This document shows positions 50,953 to 60,834 of a stretch of DNA of 64,000 nucleotides, in pieces; position 1 is the stretch's first letter, and each line of letters starts with the position of its first letter. Source of the DNA: Paracoccaceae bacterium (GTDB lineage: Bacteria > Pseudomonadota > Alphaproteobacteria > Rhodobacterales > Rhodobacteraceae). The translations under genes were made by a program, and so were the position numbers. Below the pieces are notes generated by a model. The model did no database searches, had not been told where the DNA came from, and was given only the letters and a program-made list of their open reading frames with translations. The stretch spans positions 939-64,938 of the forward strand of contig JBFKAV010000004.1 of the NCBI GenBank assembly GCA_041621405.1, read 5' to 3'.

Positions 50953-52277
50953 GCCGCCGCCTTCAGGACCTCGCCGAGCTTGCCGACCAGCTCGTCGATC
51001 TGCGCCCTCGAGATGATCAGCGGCGGCGACAGGGCGACGATGTCGCCGGTCACCCGGATCATGATGCCCTTCTCGAAGGCGTCGACAAAGGCCGAGAAGG
51101 CGCGCTTGCCGGGCGCGCCCGCGATCGGCTGCAGCTCCACCGCGCCCATCAGCCCGAGGTTGCGGATATCGATCACGTGCGGCAGCCCTTTCAGCGAATG
51201 CAGCGCCTCCTGCCAGTAGGGCGCGATCTCGGCGGCGCGCTCGAAGAGGCCCTCCCCGCGGTAGGTCTCGAGCGTCGCGAGGCCGGCCGCCGAGGCGACC
51301 GGGTTGCCGGAATAGGTGTAGCCGTGAAAGAGCTCGACCATGTGCTCGGGCCCGGTCATGAAGGCGTCGTGGATGGCGCCCGTGGTCAGCACGCCGCCCA
51401 TCGGGATGACCCCGCTGGTGATCCCCTTCGCGCAGGTGATCATGTCGGGCGTGACGCCGAAATGCTGCGATGCGAAGGGCGCGCCGAGACGGCCGAAGCC
51501 GGTGATCACCTCGTCGAAGATGAGGAGGATGCCGTGCTTCGCCGTGATCGCCCTGAGCCGCTCCAGGTAGCCCTTCGGCGGCAGGATCACGCCGGTCGAG
51601 CCCGCCACCGGCTCGACGATCACCGCGGCGATGGTCTCGGCCCCGTGCAGCGCGACGATCCGCTCCAGCTCGTCGGCCAGCTCGGCGCCGTGTTCGGGCT
51701 GGCCGCGGGTGTAGGCGTTCTTCTCCGGCAGGTGGGTGTGCGGCAGGTGGTCGACCCCGGCCAGGAGCGTGCCGAAGACCTTGCGATTGGCGACGATGCC
51801 GCCCACCGAAATGCCGCCGAACCCCACCCCGTGATAGCCGCGCTCACGGCCGATCAGCCTCGTGCGCGCACCCTCGCCGCGGGCCCGATGGTAGGCGAGC
51901 GCGATCTTCAGCGCGGTGTCCACCGCCTCGGAGCCGGAGTTCACGAAGAAGATGTGCTCCATTGCCTCTGGCGCGAGGCCGATCACCCGGTTGGCGAGCT
52001 CGAAGACCTTCGGGTGCCCCATCTGGAAGGCGGGCGCGTAGTCGAGCTCCGCCACCTGCTCCTGGATCGCCTTGACGATCCGCGGCCGCGAGTGGCCTGC
52101 GTTGCAGCACCAGAGCCCCGCAGTGCCGTCGAGCACCTGCCGGCCGTCGTCGGCGGTGAAGTGCATGTCCTTCGCCGCGACCAGCATTCGCGGCGCCTTC
52201 TTGAACTGGCGGTTCGCCGTAAAGGGCATCCAGAAGGCATTGAGGTCGTTCGGTGCGGGCTTGCGGTCAAGCGCCAT
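50949..52277 (-). CDS. class III (omega) aminotransferase, beta-alanine/omega-amino acid:pyruvate transaminase-like
   Basis: 442 aa. It has FWMPFTANRQFK, LWCCNAGH, DEVITGFGR and the PLP-lysine context ITCAKG. Confidence 0.92.
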   Translation of the reverse strand: MALDRKPAPNDLNAFWMPFTANRQFKKAPRMLVAAKDMHFTADDGRQVLDGTAGLWCCNAGHSRPRIVKAIQEQVAELDYAPAFQMGHPKVFELANRVIGLAPEAMEHIFFVNSGSEAVDTALKIALAYHRARGEGARTRLIGRERGYHGVGFGGISVGGIVANRKVFGTLLAGVDHLPHTHLPEKNAYTRGQPEHGAELADELERIVALHGAETIAAVIVEPVAGSTGVILPPKGYLERLRAITAKHGILLIFDEVITGFGRLGAPFASQHFGVTPDMITCAKGITSGVIPMGGVLTTGAIHDAFMTGPEHMVELFHGYTYSGNPVASAAGLATLETYRGEGLFERAAEIAPYWQEALHSLKGLPHVIDIRNLGLMGAVELQPIAGAPGKRAFSAFVDAFEKGIMIRVTGDIVALSPPLIISRAQIDELVGKLGEVLKAAA

Positions 52278-52501
52278 GATGGCTCCCCAAAGGAAAGGCC
52301 CCGGGAGGCAGGGCCTCCGGGGGCGCAGATGAACTCGGACCGGATGGTCCTTGGCACGCTAGGAGAGAGGGCAGGGCGCGTCAAGGATCGCGCGGGCAGC
52401 CATGGGCACGGCCCGGAGAACGTTATGGAACGATCCCAGGTAGTTAACGGGCACTGTCGAGCGACGCAAGCAGCGTGGTGCCTGCCAGCCCTCGCCCGCT
52501 C

Positions 52502-52621
52502 ATGCGCATCCAGCGCGAGAACCGCACGGCGCTCTTACAGGCGGCGCTCGAGGGGCTCGCTTGCCGCGGCTTCCGCAGAGGCACGCGCGACCAGATCGCC
52601 GCTGCCGACGCCGGGACCTGA
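52502..52621 (+). pseudogene. possible TetR-family HTH remnant
   Basis: The 39-codon ORF MRIQRENRTALLQAALEGLACRGFRRGTRDQIAAADAGT* resembles a TetR N-terminal HTH (R..IL.AA..L....G...T....IA..AGV) and then stops. No convincing continuation exists in any frame. Confidence 0.3.
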
Positions 52622-52847
52622 TCTTCTCGATCCGGGCGCTCCTTCGGCACGACGCCGATGTCTGCTTCAAGGACCGTGCGCCTCTTGGTGAGGAAGGTGC
52701 GAACCCAATTCCGAGGTGCAACGCGACCTCCGGACCCTGTTCGGCAGGCTCCTCGCCCCTTTGGCGGGCAGCGCGCGCTGCTGCATTGCAGCGTCAACAC
52801 TTGAGGCGTATACGCGGCCTTCCGCACTGGGCCCCTGATTCGAAATC

Positions 52848-54743
52848 ATGTCCACGTCCTCCGCCAGCGACACTGGCCTCCAGACACAGCCCTGGAAACT
52901 CGCGCTCGGCTCGGTCGGCGTTGTCTATGGCGACATCGGGACAAGCCCGATCTACGCGCTCAGGGAAGGGCTTCAGGCGGCCTCGAGCGGCGGCCTCTCG
53001 CCGGACGAGGTGGTGGGCATCGTCTCGCTCCTGCTCTGGACGCTGATCCTCATCGTCACGCTGAAATACGTGATCCTGATCCTCAGGGCTGACAACCGCG
53101 GCGAGGGCGGCACGCTCTCGCTCCTGGCGCTCGCCGAACGCGCGGTCGGGCGGCGCACCGGGCTTCTCCTCGCCCTCGGCATCCTCGGGACCGCGCTCTT
53201 CTTCGGCGACGCGATCATCACGCCCGCGATCTCGGTGCTCTCGGCAATCGAGGGCCTGACGCTGGTCACCCCCGCGTTCGAGCCCTACGTGCTGCCGATC
53301 ACGCTCGGCATCCTCTTCGCGCTCTTCTGGGTGCAGTCGCGCGGCACCGGCTCGGTCTCGGCGCTGTTCGGGCCGGTCATGCTCGGCTGGTTTCTCATGA
53401 TGGGCGGCCTCGGCCTCTGGCACATCGGCGACCACCCGGACATCCTCGCCGCGCTGAACCCGGCCCATGCCGGCGCCTTCCTGGTGTCGCACGGTGCCGG
53501 CGCGCTGCCAATCATTGCGGCCGTCTTCCTCGCCGTGACCGGCGCCGAGGCGCTCTACGCCGACATGGGCCACTTCGGCCGCGGCCCGATCCGGATCGCC
53601 TGGAGCGCGCTGGTGTTGCCCACCCTCGCGCTTGCCTATCTCGGGCAGGGCGCGCTGGTGCTCGCGCGCCCGGAGGCGGCCGGGAACCCCTTCTTCCTGA
53701 TGGCGCCCGGCTGGGCGCTGCTGCCGCTCGTCGCGCTCGCCACGGTGGCAACCGTCATCGCCTCACAGGCGGTCATCACCGGAGCCTTCTCGATCGCGCA
53801 CCAGGCGGTACAGCTGGGTCTTCTGCCGCGGTTGCTCGCGGTCCATACCTCGGCCGAGCAGATGGGCCAGATCTTCCTGCCCCGCATCAACTGGCTGCTG
53901 TTTCTCGGCGTCACCACCCTGGTCGTCGTCTTCGAAAGCTCGGGCAACCTCGCCTCGGCCTACGGCATCGCGGTCACCGGCGACATGATCATCACCTCGA
54001 TCCTCGGCGCGATCGTGTTCCGCATGCGATGGCGCTGGCCGGTCGCGCTTGTCGCCGTGGTGGTCGCGCCGATGCTTGGCACCGAGCTTCTGTTCCTCGC
54101 CGCGAACCTCACCAAGGTGCAGCACGGCGGCTACGTCACGATCGCCGTGGCGGCCATGATCGTCGTCGTCATGGGCACCTGGGTCCGGGGCTTCCAGATC
54201 GTGCAGGAAAAGGTCCGCGCCCAATCGGTGCCTCTGGCCACGCTCGTCGACTCGGTGGAAGGCTCCCGGCGCCTCTGCCACGCCCCCGGGACCGCGGTGT
54301 TCCTCACCGCGGACGGCGATCTGGCGCCCTCGGCGCTGATGCACAATCTCAAGCACAATTCGGTGCTGCACGCGCAGAACTACGTGGTGAGCGTAAACGT
54401 CCGCACGACGCCTCGGGTGCCCGATGAGGAGAAGGTGCGCGTCGAGCCGCTGTCGGAAAGCTTCACCCGCATTCGGCTCGCATTCGGCTACATGGAGGAG
54501 CCGAACGTGCCGCGGCTCCTGGCGTTGGCGCGAAGGTCGGGCGTCAAGTTCGACATCATGACCACCTCGTTCTTCCTGCACCGCCGCTTCTACAAGGTCT
54601 CGAGCAAGTCCGAGATGCCGCTCTGGCAGGAGCGGCTGTTCATGGCGCTGGCCGCCAGCGCGAGCAGTGCCACGATCTTCTACCACCTGCCCTCGAACCG
54701 GGTGATCGAGCTCGGCCAGCAGGTCACCCTCGGGAAGGCTTAA
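52848..54743 (+). CDS. kup: potassium uptake transporter Kup
   Basis: 631 aa. The LGSVGVVYGDIGTSPIYA motif and 12 TM segments plus a cytoplasmic C-domain match the KUP family. Confidence 0.95.
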   Translation: MSTSSASDTGLQTQPWKLALGSVGVVYGDIGTSPIYALREGLQAASSGGLSPDEVVGIVSLLLWTLILIVTLKYVILILRADNRGEGGTLSLLALAERAVGRRTGLLLALGILGTALFFGDAIITPAISVLSAIEGLTLVTPAFEPYVLPITLGILFALFWVQSRGTGSVSALFGPVMLGWFLMMGGLGLWHIGDHPDILAALNPAHAGAFLVSHGAGALPIIAAVFLAVTGAEALYADMGHFGRGPIRIAWSALVLPTLALAYLGQGALVLARPEAAGNPFFLMAPGWALLPLVALATVATVIASQAVITGAFSIAHQAVQLGLLPRLLAVHTSAEQMGQIFLPRINWLLFLGVTTLVVVFESSGNLASAYGIAVTGDMIITSILGAIVFRMRWRWPVALVAVVVAPMLGTELLFLAANLTKVQHGGYVTIAVAAMIVVVMGTWVRGFQIVQEKVRAQSVPLATLVDSVEGSRRLCHAPGTAVFLTADGDLAPSALMHNLKHNSVLHAQNYVVSVNVRTTPRVPDEEKVRVEPLSESFTRIRLAFGYMEEPNVPRLLALARRSGVKFDIMTTSFFLHRRFYKVSSKSEMPLWQERLFMALAASASSATIFYHLPSNRVIELGQQVTLGKA

Positions 54744-54785
54744 CGTGCCGGTAACGGCGCTGGTGTAGAATCGCGAATCGGTGGG

Positions 54786-54803
54786 GGCTCCGGCGTCGGA
54801 GCC
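54786..54803 (+). terminator. weak hairpin after kup
   Basis: A 7-bp stem ggctccg-gcgt-cggagcc lies 43 nt after the kup stop. There is no U tract. Confidence 0.3.
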
Positions 54804-54809
54804 AGGGAC

Positions 54810-55331
54810 ATGCTGATACTGCAACCCGTTCAACAGGCCTTGCCGGGCGTCTCGCCCGCGCGGGCACCGGTCGCCGTCGAGACCGTGACGGCGGTTCGGG
54901 GCGCGGCCGCGGGCGACCGCGCACGCAACGACGGCACCCGCGATCGCGGAGCCGAGGCCGAGCGTCTGGCCCGCGAGGCGAAAGTCGTCGCCGCCGATCC
55001 CGCCGTCCCGGTCGGCCCGCCGCCGGCCTTCCAGGCAAACGTGCTCGAGGCCGAGCGCGCGCGGCTCCGGAAGACGGGGCCGGCAGAGCCCGCAGAGGCG
55101 AGCCCCGGTCCCCAGCCCGGGCGCGCGCAGGCGCCTGATCCGGGTGAACGCCGCATGGCACCGGGTGACGCGGGGCGGAGCGACGCTGACGCGGCGCGGC
55201 GCGAGGCAAGGGCCGAGAGTGCCCGGACCCGCGACGACCGCGCCGGGGCGCGCGAGGCGCCGGCGCCCACGCGCTCGGCCTATGGCAGCGTCCGGGAGGA
55301 CCCGCCGCGGATGCTCGACGTCTCGCGCTGA
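54810..55331 (+). CDS. hypothetical low-complexity (Ala/Arg/Pro/Asp-rich) protein
   Basis: 173-aa ORF with high third-position GC (about 85-90% by hand count), which suggests real coding. I recognise no domain. Confidence 0.4.
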   Translation: MLILQPVQQALPGVSPARAPVAVETVTAVRGAAAGDRARNDGTRDRGAEAERLAREAKVVAADPAVPVGPPPAFQANVLEAERARLRKTGPAEPAEASPGPQPGRAQAPDPGERRMAPGDAGRSDADAARREARAESARTRDDRAGAREAPAPTRSAYGSVREDPPRMLDVSR

Positions 55332-55686
55332 GCGCGCCGGCACCGATCCACCTCGGAAAACACCGTCGCCGTGCAGGCGCCGCGGCGCCGAACCCTGCCG
55401 CGAGGCTCGCCCTGCCATGGCCCGCGCGGCCAGCCCGATCGGCTTTTGCGCGGCCGCGGCTCAACGAGGCAGGCCGCTCTCCGGCCCCTGCGGACTGAAC
55501 GGACGGGCAACCCGATCCGGCGGTCAACCCGGCCCGCAGGGCCCAAACGCCCGCCGGAAGGGGCCGTCGTACCCCCGCACCATCCCCGCAACTCGCGCTT
55601 TTCACCTTCCGCCCGCTGGCTTATAAGCGGCGCAGCTTGAACGGCCCGCGGCAGACGGGCGATCGCGGAACCGACTCGAGGACGGC

Positions 55687-56181
55687 ATGACCAAACAGGA
55701 CCACGAGGCCGATGTGGCCTTCATCGAGGCGCTCGCCCGGCTCTTGACGGAAAACGACCTGACCGAGCTCGAGGTCAAGCGCGAGTACGGCGAGGACGAC
55801 AGCCTGAACGTCCGGGTCTCCAAGTCGGCGCCGCAGGTTCTGCACATGGCCGCCCCGACCCCTGCCCCCGCATCTGCGCCGGCTCCCGCCCCTGCGGCCG
55901 TCGCCGCGCCTGCCGCGGCCGCCGCCCCGGACGACCTCGCCGAACATCCGGGCGCGGTGACCTCGCCGATGGTCGGCACCGTCTACCTGCAGCCCGAGCC
56001 GGGCACGCCGCCATTCGTCGCGGTCGGCACCACCGTCTCCGAAGGCCAGACAATCCTCATCGTCGAGGCGATGAAGACGATGAACCAGATCCCGGCGCCG
56101 CGCTCGGGCACTGTCCGGCGGATCCTGGTGGCCGACGGCTCGCCGGTGGAATACGGCACGCCCTTGATGATCATCGAGTGA
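55687..56181 (+). CDS. accB: acetyl-CoA carboxylase biotin carboxyl carrier protein
   Basis: 164 aa with a Pro/Ala linker and the biotinyl-lysine motif EAMKTMNQI. Confidence 0.93.
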   Translation: MTKQDHEADVAFIEALARLLTENDLTELEVKREYGEDDSLNVRVSKSAPQVLHMAAPTPAPASAPAPAPAAVAAPAAAAAPDDLAEHPGAVTSPMVGTVYLQPEPGTPPFVAVGTTVSEGQTILIVEAMKTMNQIPAPRSGTVRRILVADGSPVEYGTPLMIIE

Positions 56182-56185
56182 TCGG

Positions 56186-57532
56186 ATGTTCCGCAAGATA
56201 CTGATCGCCAACCGCGGCGAGATCGCCCTCCGCGTGATCCGCGCCTGCCGCGAGATGGGCATCGGCTCGGTTGCCGTCCACTCCACCGCCGATGCCGACG
56301 CGATGCACGTGCGGATGGCCGACGAAAGCGTCTGCATCGGTCCCGCGCCGTCGCCGGAAAGCTACCTCTCGATGCCGGCGATCATCTCGGCGGCCGAGAT
56401 CACCGGCGCCGAGGCGATCCACCCCGGCTACGGCTTCCTCTCGGAGAACGCCACCTTCGTGCAGATCGTCGAGGATCACGGGCTGACCTTCATCGGCCCG
56501 CGCGCCGAGCACATCCGCATCATGGGCGACAAGATCACCGCCAAGGAGACGATGAGGCAGCTCGGCGTGCCCTGCGTGCCCGGCTCCGAGGGCGGCGTGC
56601 CGAACCTAGAGGCGGCGAGGGGCGTCGCCACCGGTATCGGCTACCCGGTGATCATCAAGGCCACCGCCGGCGGCGGCGGCCGGGGCATGAAGCTCGCCAA
56701 GTCGGAGGCGGAGATCGACACCGCCTTCCGCACCGCCCGTGCCGAGGCCAAGGCCGCCTTCGGCAACGAAGAGGTCTATCTCGAGAAATACCTTGGCCGC
56801 CCGCGGCACATCGAGATCCAGGTCTTCGGCGACGGCAAGGGCAAGGCGGTGCACCTGGGCGAGCGCGACTGCTCGCTGCAGCGCCGCCACCAGAAGGTGC
56901 TCGAGGAAAGCCCCGGGCCGGTGATCACCGACAAGATGCGCGCCGAGATCGGCGCGACCTCGGCCAAGGCGGTGGCCAAGATCGGCTATTCCGGGGCCGG
57001 GACGATCGAGTATCTCTTCGAGGATGGCGAGTTCTACTTCATCGAAATGAACACCCGGCTCCAGGTCGAGCACCCGGTGACCGAGGCGGTTTATGGCGTC
57101 GACCTCGTGCGCGAGCAGATCCGCGTCGCCGCCGGGCTGCCGATGGAATTCGTGCAGAAGGATCTCGTGCCAAACGGCCATTCCATCGAGGTCCGCATCA
57201 ACGCCGAGAAGCTGCCGAACTTCGCGCCCTCGCCGGGCCGGATCAGCCAGTATCACGCCCCGGGCGGCCTCGGCGTGCGGATGGATTCCGCGCTTTACGA
57301 CGGCTACCGGATCCCACCCTACTACGACAGCCTGATCGGCAAGCTCATCGTGCACGGCCGCGACCGGCCGGAAGCTCTGGCGCGGCTGAAGCGGGCCCTC
57401 GGCGAGATCATCGTCGACGGCGTCGACACCACGATCCCCCTCTTCCGCCAGTTGCTCGAAGAGCCCGATATCCAGGCCGGCGACTACACGATCCACTGGC
57501 TCGAAAAGTGGCTCGCCGAACACCTCTCGTGA
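56186..57532 (+). CDS. accC: acetyl-CoA carboxylase biotin carboxylase subunit
   Basis: 448 aa. The N-terminus is [26 protein letters not shown], and ATP-grasp motifs are present throughout. Confidence 0.97.
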   Translation: MFRKILIANRGEIALRVIRACREMGIGSVAVHSTADADAMHVRMADESVCIGPAPSPESYLSMPAIISAAEITGAEAIHPGYGFLSENATFVQIVEDHGLTFIGPRAEHIRIMGDKITAKETMRQLGVPCVPGSEGGVPNLEAARGVATGIGYPVIIKATAGGGGRGMKLAKSEAEIDTAFRTARAEAKAAFGNEEVYLEKYLGRPRHIEIQVFGDGKGKAVHLGERDCSLQRRHQKVLEESPGPVITDKMRAEIGATSAKAVAKIGYSGAGTIEYLFEDGEFYFIEMNTRLQVEHPVTEAVYGVDLVREQIRVAAGLPMEFVQKDLVPNGHSIEVRINAEKLPNFAPSPGRISQYHAPGGLGVRMDSALYDGYRIPPYYDSLIGKLIVHGRDRPEALARLKRALGEIIVDGVDTTIPLFRQLLEEPDIQAGDYTIHWLEKWLAEHLS

Positions 57533-57545
57533 TCCGGCAGGCGGC

Positions 57546-58190
57546 ATGAGAGAGCCGCCGCTCAGCCCCGAGATCCTGCTTCGCGGCTATGCCTCCGGCA
57601 TCTTCCCGATGGCGGATTCGCGCGCGAAACATGAGGTCTACTGGCTCGATCCCCAGCGCCGGGGCATCCTGCCCTTGGATCAATTCCACATTTCTCGCTC
57701 GTTGCGCAGGCGAATCCTGCGGAAGAATTACGAGATTCGAACCGACAGCGATTTCTCCGGCGTCGTTGCCGGCTGCGCCGACCGCGCCGAGACCTGGATC
57801 AACCAGTCGATCCGCGACGCCTATGTCGCGCTCCACGAGCAAGGTCGCGCGCATTCGCTTGAGGTCTGGGAAGGGGGCGAGCTCACCGGCGGGGTCTACG
57901 GCGTGACCCTCGGCGCCGCCTTCTTCGGAGAGAGCATGTTCTCGCGCCGCACCGACGCCTCGAAGCTGGCGCTGGCCTACCTCGTCGACCGCCTCCGCCT
58001 CGGCGGGTTCCGCCTGTTCGACACCCAGTTCCTGACGCCGCACCTGGCCTCGCTCGGCGCGATCGAGATCAGCCGCGCCGAGTATCGCCGGCGCCTCGCC
58101 GAGGCTCTCGAGCGGAGCGCCGACCTCGACCGGGCGGGCCCGCTGCCTCAGCCCTCCGAGATGCTGCAGCGGATGAGCCAGACGTCGTAG
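57546..58190 (+). CDS. aat: leucyl/phenylalanyl-tRNA--protein transferase
   Basis: 214 aa. It has LLRGYASGIFPM, GGELTGGVYGVTLGAAFFGESMFS and FRLFDTQ. Confidence 0.9.
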   Translation: MREPPLSPEILLRGYASGIFPMADSRAKHEVYWLDPQRRGILPLDQFHISRSLRRRILRKNYEIRTDSDFSGVVAGCADRAETWINQSIRDAYVALHEQGRAHSLEVWEGGELTGGVYGVTLGAAFFGESMFSRRTDASKLALAYLVDRLRLGGFRLFDTQFLTPHLASLGAIEISRAEYRRRLAEALERSADLDRAGPLPQPSEMLQRMSQTS

Positions 58191-58546
58191 CGCGCGTGGT
58201 CGAGCGCGTTCAGCGCCGGCGCGGCGGCGATCATCCAGCCCTGGAACACCGGCTCGGGGGCAACGTCGTCGAGGATGGTCAGCCAGGCATAGGCGTTCGA
58301 CGAGGGGTCGTCGGCCGGGTAGCGGCATTCCCCGGCGCTGATCGTCAGCCGCCCGAGCCGCGCGCTCTCGCCCTCCGCCAGCTCGAAGTCGACAATTTCG
58401 CCCGTTACCTTGTCGAGCCCGCGAACCAGCGCCCCCTCGGCCAGCGCGACCCCCGCCGGTGGTTCCTCGGTCTGCAGCCTGCCTGGCGCCTCCTGCCCCA
58501 GCGCCGGCAGCGCCGCGAGCGTCGCCGCCAGGGCCGCGAGCTTCAT
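58148..58546 (-). CDS. DUF2155 domain-containing periplasmic protein
   Basis: 132 aa with a signal peptide. The LDKVTG...C...P motifs and the HARYDVWLIRC ending are typical of DUF2155. Its 3' end overlaps aat convergently by 43 nt. Confidence 0.8.
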   Translation of the reverse strand: MKLAALAATLAALPALGQEAPGRLQTEEPPAGVALAEGALVRGLDKVTGEIVDFELAEGESARLGRLTISAGECRYPADDPSSNAYAWLTILDDVAPEPVFQGWMIAAAPALNALDHARYDVWLIRCSISEG

Positions 58547-59013
58547 GGCGCCGCCTCGGGCGGCGCTTCCGACTCGTCGCTGGTGAAAGCGCGCAGGAGA
58601 AGCGTGATCAGGCTCACCGCGCCCTGGGTGTCGATGATCTCGCCGCCGGGCTCGACGTTGAACGGCGAGCCGCCGGGCTGGATCTCCACGAAGTTGCCGC
58701 CCAGAAGCCCCTCGGACGAGATCAAGACCGCGCTGTCATCGGGCAGCTGGATCTTCTCGTCCATGGTGAAGGTGGCGTCGGCGAAATAGGTCTGGGGGTT
58801 GAGCTCGACCCGGGTGACGGTGCCCACCTTCACCCCGGCGAGCCGGACGTCGGAACCGACCGTCACCCCCTCGACCGAGCGGAACGAGGCCTTCAGCTCG
58901 TAGGCGCCGCCGTCGCGGGAAAACCCGGTCACCTGGCCGGCATAGACGGTGAAGCCGATCGCCGCGGCCAGCACCAGCCCGCCGACCAGGACCTCTGTCG
59001 CGTTCTCTGCCAT
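58543..59013 (-). CDS. mlaD: outer membrane lipid asymmetry maintenance protein MlaD
   Basis: 156 aa with an N-terminal anchor and an MCE domain (VRLAGVKVGTVTRVELNP). Confidence 0.85.
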   Translation of the reverse strand: MAENATEVLVGGLVLAAAIGFTVYAGQVTGFSRDGGAYELKASFRSVEGVTVGSDVRLAGVKVGTVTRVELNPQTYFADATFTMDEKIQLPDDSAVLISSEGLLGGNFVEIQPGGSPFNVEPGGEIIDTQGAVSLITLLLRAFTSDESEAPPEAAP

Positions 59014-59396
59014 CAGTCGGGCACCCAGGCCTCGTAGTCCTGCCGCTCGGCAGGCTCGGCGCGGCGGATCGAGCCCGGCGGCACGTAGGCCGCCGCGGTT
59101 CCGGTCAGGTTCGGCTCGTGCGGCTTCTCCCAGGGCTTGCGCTTCACCGGCGCCTCGGTCGGCGGCTCGTCCCAGGTATAGTGCAGCCAGCCGTGCCAGT
59201 CCGGGCTGACCCGGCTGGCCTCGGCCTCGCCGTTGAAGATCACCCAGCGCCGCTTGCCATCGCGGCTCTTGTAGTACCGGTTGCCCTCAACATCCTCGCC
59301 GACCTTCACGCCCTTGCGCCAGGTGAAGAACTGGGTGTTCAGCGTCTGGCCGTGCCACCAGGTGACGGCGCGCAGAGCCAGGTTGAGGATGCCCAT
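59013..59396 (-). CDS. NADH:ubiquinone oxidoreductase subunit NDUFA12 family protein
   Basis: 127 aa starting from ATG 59396 ([11 protein letters not shown]...). It contains [10 protein letters not shown]...[26 protein letters not shown]. Confidence 0.85.
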   Translation of the reverse strand: MGILNLALRAVTWWHGQTLNTQFFTWRKGVKVGEDVEGNRYYKSRDGKRRWVIFNGEAEASRVSPDWHGWLHYTWDEPPTEAPVKRKPWEKPHEPNLTGTAAAYVPPGSIRRAEPAERQDYEAWVPD

Positions 59397-59477
59397 TGGT
59401 GCCTCCGGAATGCGTTCCCCCGATATGGCGCATGGCAGGGGCGAGGTCCAGAGCCAAGGCGGCATCGGTCGCCCCGG

Positions 59478-59925
59478 TCACTCGGTCGGGATGAAGTCGA
59501 TTGGCCCGGGGAAAAAATAGGAACACCGTGACCGGGTCTTCACCGGGCACCGCATCGGTATGCGGCTGGTTCGCCGGCTGGAAGAAGTACGTGCCGGGCC
59601 CGTGGGCTTCGGCCATCTCCTCGTCCTCGCCCTCGAGCCAATGCTGCGACCGACCCTCGATGATCACCGCATGGTAGTCGGACGAATGGATGTGCTGCGG
59701 CGAGACATAGCCGCCCCGCAGCCGCAACATCATGCCGAAGGGTCCGGTCCCCGGATTTCCCCAGAGGATCGACAGCTCGGCATCCACGCTTTCGCCGGTC
59801 GGCTGGAAAACCAGGTCCCCGTATCGCTTCAGGTCGAATGCGGCGTGGGACTCGGCGGCGGCTGGGGCCGCCAGCACGGCCCCGAAGGCTATCGGCAACA
59901 GGCAGCTGGTCCATTGAATCGCCAT
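59478..59925 (-). CDS. secreted cupin-like (DUF4437-like) protein; reading frame apparently disrupted at a homopolymer near its 3' end
   Basis: It has signal peptide MAIQWTSCLLPIAFGAVLAAPAAA and a cupin-like core (HIHSSDYHAVIIEG). The track ORF runs on to 59287, overlapping the NDUFA12 gene with low third-position GC. A 1-nt shift at the C4/T6 run (59508-59517) gives ...FLFFPGPIDFIPTE* ending at 59478. Confidence 0.6.
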
Positions 59926-60027
59926 GGCAGCGTCTCCATCGGTTGGGTTCGGGCCCGGACCGGGCCGTGGACGCAGCCTACCACAGCAGGTATATTTTCT
60001 ATATAATGTACCGAAAGCAGCCTAGCG

Positions 60028-60393
60028 ATGGAAATGGGCAACAAGGATCGTCGCTTGATCGCCAACTTCGAAACGGCGATGAAGGCCATCGGCACGCGGT
60101 GGAAGCCGGCGATCCTCTACTGCCTGATCTTCGGCGGCACCCTGCGCTTCAGCATGTTGCTACGGCTCATTCCGGGGATCACCCACAAGATGCTGACCCA
60201 GCGCCTGCGCGAGATGGAGCGCGACGGGCTGATCGAACGGGAGATCTTCGCCGAAGTGCCGCTGCGGGTGGAATACCGCCTGTCAGAGATGGGCCAATCG
60301 CTGGTTCCGCTTCTGCGCGACTTCTGCCATTGGGCCGACGCGCGGGCGCAAGACGTCTCCCGGGCCAATGCGCATTACGACAGCCGGTCGTGA
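60028..60393 (+). CDS. HxlR family transcriptional regulator
   Basis: 121 aa. It has IGTRWKPAILYCL, the wHTH PGITHKMLTQRLREMERDGLIER and VEYRLSEMG. Confidence 0.88.
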   Translation: MEMGNKDRRLIANFETAMKAIGTRWKPAILYCLIFGGTLRFSMLLRLIPGITHKMLTQRLREMERDGLIEREIFAEVPLRVEYRLSEMGQSLVPLLRDFCHWADARAQDVSRANAHYDSRS

Positions 60394-60422
60394 CGGGGTG
60401 GCAGCATCGGCTGCCGCGTCGG

Positions 60423-60830
60423 TCAGGGCGCCCGGCGCAGCTTGCGGGCGAGATCGGAGAGCCGCGCCGTGACCTCGATCTCGATCTTCATCTCGGGCTC
60501 CTGAAGCCCGGCCACGATCATCGTCGCCGCCGGCCGCGCCGCGGCGAAGGCCTGCCGCACGACCGGCCAGCACGGCGGCCAATCGTCACGGTCGGGCAGG
60601 ATGTAGCGCACGCGCACCACGTCATCGAGGCTCGCGCCGGCCTCGCGCAGCGCCGCCTCGATGGTGGCGAGCGCGTTGCGGCACTGGTCCTCGACCGCCT
60701 CGGGCATCGTCATTGTGCCGTAGTCGTAGCCGGTGGTGCCGGCGACAAAGACCCAGCCGTCCTCCACGACCGCGCGGGAATAGCCGATCTCGGCCTCGAA
60801 GGTCGCGCCACCGGAGATCCGCCGCCGCAT
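60423..60830 (-). CDS. RidA/YjgF family protein
   Basis: 135 aa. The GYSRAVVEDGWVFVAGTTG...VRVRYIL pattern is typical of the RidA-like fold. Confidence 0.85.
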   Translation of the reverse strand: MRRRISGGATFEAEIGYSRAVVEDGWVFVAGTTGYDYGTMTMPEAVEDQCRNALATIEAALREAGASLDDVVRVRYILPDRDDWPPCWPVVRQAFAAARPAATMIVAGLQEPEMKIEIEVTARLSDLARKLRRAP

Positions 60831-60834
60831 GCCC

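Noticed and set aside
55840-55935. Repetitive Pro/Ala-coding stretch that might look like a tandem repeat
   Set aside because: It is the normal flexible Pro/Ala linker of AccB, not a repeat element.
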